This document shows positions 56,303 through 64,000 of a stretch of 64,000 nt of DNA, one piece after another. The notes under the pieces were generated by a model. It did not search any database, was not told the DNA's origin, and was given only the letters and a program-made list of their open reading frames with translations. Position numbers and translations under genes: made by a program. Source of the stretch: an uncultured Candidatus Saccharibacteria bacterium (GTDB taxonomy: Bacteria; Patescibacteriota; Minisyncoccia; Phycocordibacterales; UBA12088); the NCBI GenBank assembly GCA_964409035.1, contig CAYPBQ010000001.1:111638-175637 (forward strand), written 5' to 3'. Within the stretch, counting starts at the first letter, position 1, and each line of letters opens with the position of its first letter.

Positions 56303-56368
56303 TTATTTTTTGTTTTTTACTGACTTTTTTGGTTTTTTCTTTTCTTTGTTTGATCGTTGATCTGCCAT
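56303..56368 (-). CDS. 21-aa lysine-rich small protein
   Basis: MADQRSNKEKKKPKKSVKNKK*, followed by a terminator hairpin at 56251-56279. Confidence 0.45.
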   Translation of the reverse strand: MADQRSNKEKKKPKKSVKNKK

Positions 56369-56428
56369 ATGTATACATCTACTGTTCAATGATAAACTCG
56401 ACCTAGTTACTGTAGTGTACCACCAAGA

Positions 56429-56953
56429 TTACTTCAAAATAAATACATCAATTGCATATCCAATGCCATACGCAATCGCTGCTGCTACCCCACCAACAAG
56501 TAACATCTCCATACCCGCATATAACCAGTGTAATCTCGTAAATAGCGCGCGACCACTCCCTACCACAAAGAGCGTAATTGCTGTTGCAATAGCAGAAACC
56601 TCAAATTGATAGTCAGATGATACACCAAATAAAAATGGCGTAAGTGGTAGTGTTCCTGCAATAACAAATGCGATAAAGGTAGCAGACCCGTCTCCTATAG
56701 GAGACCTACTCTGCACATCAGAATCTTTATCATGAACAGCTTGCTCTGATGAAAGCGCCAAGTACCTTGATGATCCCATTGAGAAGCCGTCCGCAATAAG
56801 ATTAGATACTCCCAGAATAATTATTACCGTTGCCCCCAAATCTGCCCCTGACGCTCCAGAGACTACTGCAAAGGTGGTGATAATTCCATCATTGGCACCG
56901 TAGACAATCTCACTCAAGTAATACTGAAATTTGTTGCGTATATATTCAATCAT
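56429..56953 (-). CDS. VIT1/CCC1 family transporter
   Basis: IVYGANDGIITTFAVVSG, NLIADGFSMG. Confidence 0.92.
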   Translation of the reverse strand: MIEYIRNKFQYYLSEIVYGANDGIITTFAVVSGASGADLGATVIIILGVSNLIADGFSMGSSRYLALSSEQAVHDKDSDVQSRSPIGDGSATFIAFVIAGTLPLTPFLFGVSSDYQFEVSAIATAITLFVVGSGRALFTRLHWLYAGMEMLLVGGVAAAIAYGIGYAIDVFILK

Positions 56954-56992
56954 GCCAATTAGTGTTCCACGAGTCGTACATGTACGCAATAC

Positions 56993-58270
56993 CTATAACT
57001 GCCCACTATCTAGTGGCTTACTACCACGCACTGTCTCCATAGAATGATCAGGGAAAAAAGCGTAAAAAGTACTTCCCTTATTTTCTTCAGACACAAACCA
57101 CGTCATACCGCCAAGCTCATCAAGTATTTTTTTAACGATATAAAGACCAAGTCCTGTACCATCAACATCTAAAGTTTTAATGTTGTGTGCTCTAAACATC
57201 TTTTCATATATACGTGATTGTTCTTGAAGTGGTATTCCATATCCGCTATCAGTAACAGAAAATAGCATGCCGCCAGTCTTAATTTCATGATCTCCGATGC
57301 AAACCTCGCCTTCATTTTTCTTTTCAAGTCGCACATCAATAACGCTCTCAGGGTAGGTGTATTTTATTGCGTTAGAAATAAAATTACCACACACAATCGA
57401 GAGTAGATTTTTATCTGCTATTATCCCACTCTTCAATTCATCATCAATATGTGTATTTACTGTTATATTTTTTGCTGTAAGTAGAGGCGCCACGCCTAGC
57501 ACCACCTCTTCAACAAGTGATGATGGCACAATTGAAACCGGCTCAATCGCAAATGTACCAAGCTCAAGACGCGAGGCATTAAGCAGTGCGTTTACAAGGG
57601 CAGTCATTTTTTGCGTACTGTCATACGCCTCAGCAAGATACTTTTTTTGTTGCTCAGTAATATTTCCCGCATCCCCCGATAGCAGCATTTCAATATACCA
57701 ATTCGCAGTTGATAGCGGGGTTCGCAGTTGGTGTGAAGCCACAGAGACAAATTCTGTTTTTGCAGTATCAATTTGCTTTTCCTTAGTAATATCTCTATCA
57801 ATGCTGACAAAAAATTCTACATTGCCGTCATCGTCATAAACAGGTGAGATGGTGGAGTGAGTAATATACCGCTCACCATTCTTTCTCTTGTTTTCTATTT
57901 CACCAATAAAGCTTCGCTTTTCCTTTATCAGCCGTTCAAACACACCTGCATAAAACTTGCTCGATGACTCAGTACCCCACAGCGACACGTCTCCTGCTCG
58001 CTTAGTTAACACCTCAACATTTGAAAATCCAGTTATTTCTTCTACCGCTCTATTTGCATAGGTAATAATACCTTCTGCGTCAGTGATGATGATGTGATCT
58101 GAGGCGCTTTCAACCGCCAGTTTAAACTTCTCAAGATCCTTAGCACTTTCAAGCGCTTTCTCTTTTTCCAACTCCACATCATGGAGCACATTTGTAAGTG
58201 CACTATATGAGGTAGCCAGATCTCTATATTGTTTTTCTAGGCTATCATCAGTATCCATGTAGTGGTGCAC
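56993..58270 (-). CDS. PAS domain sensor histidine kinase
   Basis: PAS/PAC; SHQLRTPL H-box; NAIKY, DSGYGI, GTGLGL. Confidence 0.92.
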   Translation of the reverse strand: MHHYMDTDDSLEKQYRDLATSYSALTNVLHDVELEKEKALESAKDLEKFKLAVESASDHIIITDAEGIITYANRAVEEITGFSNVEVLTKRAGDVSLWGTESSSKFYAGVFERLIKEKRSFIGEIENKRKNGERYITHSTISPVYDDDGNVEFFVSIDRDITKEKQIDTAKTEFVSVASHQLRTPLSTANWYIEMLLSGDAGNITEQQKKYLAEAYDSTQKMTALVNALLNASRLELGTFAIEPVSIVPSSLVEEVVLGVAPLLTAKNITVNTHIDDELKSGIIADKNLLSIVCGNFISNAIKYTYPESVIDVRLEKKNEGEVCIGDHEIKTGGMLFSVTDSGYGIPLQEQSRIYEKMFRAHNIKTLDVDGTGLGLYIVKKILDELGGMTWFVSEENKGSTFYAFFPDHSMETVRGSKPLDSGQL

Positions 58271-58324
58271 AATAAGAGCACTGCAACAGTCGGAACATGT
58301 TTCCGACTGTGTGCGCTACTCTCA

Positions 58325-58795
58325 TTAACGAGTAACCTCTATTGTGTCATCTAACTCTGCCTTAGGAGCTATGACTCTTACACGATTACCAGAGGTAGTT
58401 GCGATTGTATATCCGGTACCGTTAGTAATTGTCGCGCCCTGAGGATCACTTGGTAGCAGTGTAAGGTATGTCTCACCATCAGTGAGTGCGCCTAAAAACA
58501 CTAGCCCACCAGATGCGCAGGTAGTAGATGCTACTCCCGTCGCGCATATTTCAACAGGAGAACCATTTGATACAAATGGCATCTGCCCATTTTCGTCAAT
58601 TGCATATTGATACACCGCATTAAGGATTGTGTTTACATCAGCCTTTCTTTGGGCGTTGCGAGTTTCTGCAAGCTGCTTAGAAGGATTGATTGCCACAATT
58701 ACAATTGATGCAAGTATACCAATCGCTGCCACCACAAGAAGAATTTCAAGTAGGGTGAATCCTCGATTTGTTATACGAGTATGTGCTGATTGCAT
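58325..58795 (-). CDS. type IV pilin
   Basis: RGFTLLEILLVVAAIGILA prepilin motif; Cys pair; DP motif. Confidence 0.9.
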   Translation of the reverse strand: MQSAHTRITNRGFTLLEILLVVAAIGILASIVIVAINPSKQLAETRNAQRKADVNTILNAVYQYAIDENGQMPFVSNGSPVEICATGVASTTCASGGLVFLGALTDGETYLTLLPSDPQGATITNGTGYTIATTSGNRVRVIAPKAELDDTIEVTR

Positions 58796-58827
58796 AGTGC
58801 TACAAAGTTATACGCTCTCAATAAGGT

Positions 58828-59286
58828 CTATCGTCGTGCTTCGATCGTTTGACCTTGCTCTGCCTTTGGCGCATGTACCACTACGCGACCACTTGAAGTA
58901 GTTGCAATAGAATATCCTGCTCCGTTAGTCAACACAGCTCCCTGTGGATCAAGAGGAACTGAAATGAGGTATGTCTCTGCATCAGTAAGCGTGCTTAGGT
59001 CAACCAAACCTGAACATGATGGTGCTCCAGTTGCGCATACTTCTGTGAGTGTTCCAGTCGATGTGAAAGGAAGTCTACCCTCATTATCAATCGCATACTG
59101 ATACACCGCAGACAAGATGGTGTTAACGTCAGCGCGACGTTGCGCGTTGCGAGTTTCCGCAAGTTGCTTAGATGGATTAATAGCGACAATAACTATCGAT
59201 GCAAGAATTCCGATTGCTGCCACCACGAGAAGAATTTCAAGTAGGGTGAATCCGCGATTCTGCGTGCTTCGTGAAGAATTATTCAT
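58828..59286 (-). CDS. type IV pilin (paralog)
   Basis: RGFTLLEILLVV; N-terminal helix near-identical to the neighbouring pilin. Confidence 0.9.
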   Translation of the reverse strand: MNNSSRSTQNRGFTLLEILLVVAAIGILASIVIVAINPSKQLAETRNAQRRADVNTILSAVYQYAIDNEGRLPFTSTGTLTEVCATGAPSCSGLVDLSTLTDAETYLISVPLDPQGAVLTNGAGYSIATTSSGRVVVHAPKAEQGQTIEARR

Positions 59287-59385
59287 GCTGAATATTTTTC
59301 TAATAATTTCTAATAACTGGCTAATTATAGCGCCTTGTTAGTTAAGACGCTAAATAAACTGTGGATTACTCTAACTATCAACAAC

Positions 59386-59766
59386 CTATCTAAGATACTC
59401 TACAGTAATTGGATTGGTAGAAATAAGCTTCAACTCAGCCGTTTTTGCAATATCAGACATGGTACTTGTGGCAAGTAAATATGTGGCATCATCGGTAACC
59501 AACACCGTCATTACACAATTACCGCCGCCAAATGCAAGAGTTTCCTGTCCGTAATAGCTAGCATTCTCACTAATCTTGTATAATCCCATTTCAATACATG
59601 CATCTATAAGTTGTATTGCTTGAGCTTCATGATACGTATGTAAACTCTGTTTTTCTGTATCTATACCAAGTAGCACAATAGGAAGCGCGATTGACATACC
59701 AATAGCACCAGCAATCATAGTAGCGAACAGAGTGATATAGCCTTCTTGATTAGTGTGCATAAGCAT
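59386..59766 (-). CDS. minor pilin, PilX-like
   Basis: QEGYITL prepilin-like site without Glu5; hydrophobic helix. Confidence 0.65.
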   Translation of the reverse strand: MLMHTNQEGYITLFATMIAGAIGMSIALPIVLLGIDTEKQSLHTYHEAQAIQLIDACIEMGLYKISENASYYGQETLAFGGGNCVMTVLVTDDATYLLATSTMSDIAKTAELKLISTNPITVEYLR

Positions 59767-59768
59767 AG

Positions 59769-60266
59769 TTATTGTCCCACCGCTGCAGCGCTCCTTATTG
59801 TATAAAGATAATTATTCGCACTACCCGACAATGTCATACCTCTAATAAATGAAGTGCTCACATCAACCACACCCGGTGATGAAGACGTGCCAACGTGAAG
59901 TACGGTAAAACTGCTAACTAATGTTTCAGGAGAAGTGATACGCTCAGGCGCTATTGTATCCTCACTCCTCCACACACCTGAAGAAACAAATTCATACGCA
60001 ACGATAGTACCGTCTTCTCGCTCAAGCAAAAGTGAGGTGCTAGTACTAAATAGTGTAGGATAAAGTACCCGCTTAGCTACTCGGATATCATACGTGAGTA
60101 ATCGCTGTACCCTGTCTGCATCCTGAAATAGTTGCGAAGTTTCTTGATGCCGAAATTCGGCCCTAAGCATACTATATATATACGAAGATACCGCACCAAG
60201 TACCACGGTCATGATGGCAAGATAGAGCATGGTCTCTACCAGAGTGAATCCTTTTTGACTATTCAT
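59769..60266 (-). CDS. minor pilin, PilW-like
   Basis: KGFTLVETMLYLAI. Confidence 0.85.
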   Translation of the reverse strand: MNSQKGFTLVETMLYLAIMTVVLGAVSSYIYSMLRAEFRHQETSQLFQDADRVQRLLTYDIRVAKRVLYPTLFSTSTSLLLEREDGTIVAYEFVSSGVWRSEDTIAPERITSPETLVSSFTVLHVGTSSSPGVVDVSTSFIRGMTLSGSANNYLYTIRSAAAVGQ

Positions 60267-63051
60267 AAAAAATACTTACTGATTCTACTTCTGGCGTACT
60301 AGATGCAATCTCTGTCGCAAGCCTAAGGCGGTACTGTAGTAATGGATATGGATTTATAGCGCGCATCTCTTTAGAGGGTAACTCAAGATCATCCCCTTCT
60401 ACATAAGGACCGTACCAAGAGCTTGTAGTAAGTGGACTATGTGAATAGGCATATCTAATCATAAGCGACACAGAGGTTGATGCAATATTCATATTTTCCA
60501 AGGCAACATTTCTAATGGTGACTTCCTGTTTGTTTGTGTGATACCACCGCGAAGTAAACCAACCCTCTTGCGCGTACAATCGTTCCAATTCCTTAGGTGA
60601 AAGAATTAGCAATTCGGCATTATTATTTTCGCATGCCACATACACAAATGACTCATGTGCAGTAACACCGTTGCAATCCCCCGCATTGTTATATGTTGAA
60701 ACCATTGTTGGATTAGTTGAAGACGCTACATCAAGCGCAGCAAAACCACTTGCATTGTTGTTTGTTGCCACAAACACTGTAGGAAACACAACACCTATCC
60801 CCGTTACATCTTCTCCGATATTGTATGTCCCCTTGTATTGGGGCGTAGAAAGAGTTGATATGTCTATTATATGCATGTCACCTTCTGATGATGCGTGATT
60901 AGTACCAACGTATGCGGTAGTACCTGTAACAGCGACAGAAGTTGCTGACAGTGTTCCGGGTATATCAACTAAAGCCCTTACGGCTGGCAAGGCTTTATTA
61001 GAAGCATCAAGAATGACAAGCTCACTGCTATTATTGTCGGTTGCCAAAAAAAGAGTATCTCCTTGTGTGTCTATACCTAACACATCTTCATTTACCTCAT
61101 ACCCGCCAATTTGTGTAAATGTTACCGAGGATTGATTAGTGGTATTAGGAACTAAAACATGCACCTCGTAATTGAGCCCAGAAGAGGTGTTCTGTGTGGT
61201 GCCTACAAACAATGTATTACCGATACTCATAATTGCCCGCGCGTCTGAACCAGAATCTAGGTTGTAGTAACCAACTTTAACAATATTTGTTGGGTCCTTT
61301 ACATATAACACCATTACTTCTTCAGAGTTGTGTGATGTCGCAATGTACGCAAAGTCCCCCACCACCGCAACATCAAAAGCACTCGCAGAGAGATTGAGTC
61401 CATCTAAAAATACTGGCCTCTTTGGATCACTCACCTCATACACCGCGATATCCATACTTGCTCCTGCGTCTGTTCTGGTAACGTAAGCAAGTGATTCAAC
61501 AAGTTCTACGTGTACTGCGTTATCCGCACCAGCTACATCTTCCTTGGCAACCATTACTGGCTCTGTCCATCCCCCTCTACCAGCAGAAATAATATTAAGT
61601 ACTCCCTGAGCGCCACCTGTTACCAAGAAACGCCCTGTTTTTATCATTGCATATGGACTGTATGCACCCGTAACATCTATGGTAGTAGTAGAAAAATCCT
61701 CCAAGGATACCACTCTAACCTCTGCGCCGTATGAAGATTCTTGAGCGATAAAAAGCCGCGCATAAAGTGAATCATAAGAAAGTGAAGCTACGTTTGATGT
61801 GCCGTAATCAGTATTAAATAATTCTTCTACTCCACTTGATGTGGTTATCGGGCTTTCAAATGATAGACCTACCACCCTATTGGTATCCATTCCTATGAAT
61901 ACAAGGTTATCCTTAACCGTAACAGATGTAGCGTTAGGATTATTTGCATCACTTGGATTATATGTACGCACCACACTACACACACCTTGAGGGCAATCAG
62001 TATAATCAACAATCCACAGCTCATCTACATTATCTGTGGCAAGGTACGCATACCTATGAGTAAGCGCAATCGCACGAACCGCATCACCAACCTCAACAGA
62101 TCCAATCAGCTCACCTTCTTCAGAAAAAATAAAAAATTCGCTCTCTGTCTGTGCTGGTTTTCCCACAGCCACATATCCATTGTAGGACGCAATAGCAATT
62201 GATCCCGCTGCTCCTGGCACATCAATAGGAGTAGTACTTGCAGTCATGCGGTCAAATAGCAGCAAATCAGCATTTTGTGTATTAGTAGCGATAAATACCG
62301 TACTTGTTGCTACCGCAATAGCACGGATACTATGCCCAATATCATAACTCTTAGTAGGAGTGACTATACCCTCTGATATAGCAGCAATGTCTAGCACTGC
62401 AAGCTCAGAAGATGTCACGCTCTCATCTCGTCCCACATACATCTCTGTAGCATCCGAGGCTATTGATCGAATTGATGCACCGCCTGGTAAATCATTCACA
62501 TTATACGTAAAGCCGGTTTTCCAGTCCCCCTCCTTTTCAAGTATGATACTATCTCGTAACTCATCTATATATACTGAGTGTGATTTTCCTGATGAAAACT
62601 CAGCAAATGTGGTATCGATAAATGCCAGCACTCCAGACTGGACCCAATTATAAAAGTATGTGACTAACGAAATCATTCTTGTCACGTACCCTCGCTCTTG
62701 CCATGAGACTGTCGCTGTAACTTCTTTTGTGTGTGCATCAATTGATTCTATCGCCACCACTCGAGTAAGATTGCCATGCACATCTGGGGGGCTATGAAGA
62801 TTGTACCCATCAGCGGATACATCAACTCCATACATACCATCTACAAGGTGAGCAAAATCTGCCTCACGTATATCACGCACCACTTCGATTGCTTGTGTTG
62901 CAAGTGCGGTAGCTGAAAGTCTGTTTAGTGCATCTGATGTGCTTTCCTCAGAGTACAACAGCACCCCTGCAAATATCGTACTGTAAATAGCAAGGAGTGC
63001 TCCACTGAGAAGAACTTCTATTATTGAAAACCCTCTTTCCGTGACTCTCAT
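60259..63051 (-). CDS. large pilin-like protein with LVIVD/beta-propeller repeats (putative adhesin)
   Basis: RGFSIIEVLL N-terminus; repeats V.G..AY(V/I)AT....ELVILD(A/V)S..P. Confidence 0.8.
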   Translation of the reverse strand: MRVTERGFSIIEVLLSGALLAIYSTIFAGVLLYSEESTSDALNRLSATALATQAIEVVRDIREADFAHLVDGMYGVDVSADGYNLHSPPDVHGNLTRVVAIESIDAHTKEVTATVSWQERGYVTRMISLVTYFYNWVQSGVLAFIDTTFAEFSSGKSHSVYIDELRDSIILEKEGDWKTGFTYNVNDLPGGASIRSIASDATEMYVGRDESVTSSELAVLDIAAISEGIVTPTKSYDIGHSIRAIAVATSTVFIATNTQNADLLLFDRMTASTTPIDVPGAAGSIAIASYNGYVAVGKPAQTESEFFIFSEEGELIGSVEVGDAVRAIALTHRYAYLATDNVDELWIVDYTDCPQGVCSVVRTYNPSDANNPNATSVTVKDNLVFIGMDTNRVVGLSFESPITTSSGVEELFNTDYGTSNVASLSYDSLYARLFIAQESSYGAEVRVVSLEDFSTTTIDVTGAYSPYAMIKTGRFLVTGGAQGVLNIISAGRGGWTEPVMVAKEDVAGADNAVHVELVESLAYVTRTDAGASMDIAVYEVSDPKRPVFLDGLNLSASAFDVAVVGDFAYIATSHNSEEVMVLYVKDPTNIVKVGYYNLDSGSDARAIMSIGNTLFVGTTQNTSSGLNYEVHVLVPNTTNQSSVTFTQIGGYEVNEDVLGIDTQGDTLFLATDNNSSELVILDASNKALPAVRALVDIPGTLSATSVAVTGTTAYVGTNHASSEGDMHIIDISTLSTPQYKGTYNIGEDVTGIGVVFPTVFVATNNNASGFAALDVASSTNPTMVSTYNNAGDCNGVTAHESFVYVACENNNAELLILSPKELERLYAQEGWFTSRWYHTNKQEVTIRNVALENMNIASTSVSLMIRYAYSHSPLTTSSWYGPYVEGDDLELPSKEMRAINPYPLLQYRLRLATEIASSTPEVESVSIFYE

Positions 63052-63052
63052 A

Positions 63053-63499
63053 TTAATTATGCGCCTCTGTCACCCCATAACGGTTTATTGAAATAGTCCG
63101 CGAAATAAGCGATGGAGAGACTAACGTGATGGTGGAAGGTGTAAGGGTAAATATATTTTCTGATGAAAATCGCACATCTCGCATACCCGATACTCCATAC
63201 GATGTACCAAATGTGATTATTTCATCGGCGTGAGGAGTCCTCTGTGTATACGAAGAGCCAGCGTATAATGTGGTACTTGTAGCGGTAACATACACTCCCC
63301 AGGCGCCTTGTTGCTTGTCCGAATACGCATAGGCGCTCGCGCGAGAAATCTGTTCGCGTATCGCTCCTTCAGCAACTGACATATCAACTCTCTCAAGGTA
63401 CGAAAGGTACACCGGAGCAATGATAGCAGCAACACAAGCAACTATACTCACCGAGAGTAAGAATTCTAGTAATGTAAATCCTTTCTGTAATGCGTGCAT
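63053..63499 (-). CDS. minor pilin, FimT-like
   Basis: KGFTLLEFLLSVSI; C-terminal ISINRYG. Confidence 0.85.
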   Translation of the reverse strand: MHALQKGFTLLEFLLSVSIVACVAAIIAPVYLSYLERVDMSVAEGAIREQISRASAYAYSDKQQGAWGVYVTATSTTLYAGSSYTQRTPHADEIITFGTSYGVSGMRDVRFSSENIFTLTPSTITLVSPSLISRTISINRYGVTEAHN

Positions 63500-63511
63500 A
63501 TATGAGTGAGT

Positions 63512-64000
63512 TTATATCTCTGCCGCCCCGGTACTTGATTCACGCACATCACTCCTTTTTATCCATCCCTCGACTCCAGGTTTAACTATCACTCGTACCC
63601 ATGTAGACGTTACCTCAACCACATCATAACCAACACTATTACTTGCTTGTTGTAGTACTACTGCCTGTTCATCTGCCGCAGTATATATTGGAACCTCATC
63701 AAATTTGGTAAATGCAACTTCACCAATTGGATTACCCTCTGTTACTGGCGCGTTAGTGCTAGATCCCATATTAAGCCCGCTAGTAAGATTGTATACAGGT
63801 AATATGACCGCAAACGCCACCGCAACTACTCCTGCCCATATAATAATAAGTAGTATCGGCTCAATAATGACTGAGAGATTTTTTGTGGCAATATCGGTAC
63901 GCTCTTCATATACTTTTCCTATATGCATAAAGGTATCAGAGAGTGTTCCTGAGTTTTCTCCCGCAATGATGAGCTGTCCAACACTTGTAGGAATCAATCG
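63512..64000 (-). CDS. type IV pilus platform protein PilC/GspF C-terminal part with SH3-like extension (5' end outside window)
   Basis: GENSGTL, IIEPILLII..G..V..AVILPVY, then WVRV....VEGWIKRSDV. Confidence 0.8.
   Translation of the reverse strand, partial: RLIPTSVGQLIIAGENSGTLSDTFMHIGKVYEERTDIATKNLSVIIEPILLIIIWAGVVAVAFAVILPVYNLTSGLNMGSSTNAPVTEGNPIGEVAFTKFDEVPIYTAADEQAVVLQQASNSVGYDVVEVTSTWVRVIVKPGVEGWIKRSDVRESSTGAAEI

Noticed and set aside
1-64000. Alternative genetic code (TGA=Gly as in Gracilibacteria/Absconditabacteria)
   Set aside because: Conserved genes are full length under code 11, and TGA terminates several genes (nth, ECF sigma, thiF).

Overview
This is a gene-dense, roughly 40-45% GC (estimated by eye) chromosomal window using genetic code 11. 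Gene content and style (SipW-signal proteins, PrsW, class I FBP aldolase, GH15/GH57/GT4, type IV pilin cluster, Fe-S-free Nth/MutY) suggest a Patescibacteria/CPR, Parcubacteria-like genome; this is an inference. Housekeeping genes include valS, lepA, murJ, groEL/ES, secG, rnj, smpB, acpS, htpX/lemA and nth/mutY. RNA genes are tRNA-Phe, tRNA-Arg, tRNA-Ser, RNase P RNA and tmRNA. Two things stand out. (1) A family of six ~105-195 bp fold-back elements follows tRNA-Arg, tRNA-Ser and tmRNA. The arms of each are an antisense copy and a direct copy of the 3' end of that specific host RNA gene, and five share a covarying internal scaffold. They bracket accessory cargo, and no integrase is present in the window. 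(2) A 4-kb island bounded by these elements at the tmRNA 3' end encodes a probable RiPP-like system: RRE-ThiF adenylyltransferase, RRE-arginase, an Arg-rich 48-aa peptide with its own promoter and terminator, a C39 peptidase and a RimL-like GNAT. Also noted are two candidate novel ncRNAs, widespread leaderless-type promoters, an Aas-like lipid-salvage enzyme with AcpS, and a PilC-SH3 fusion. All calls come from reading the sequence; no database searches were run.
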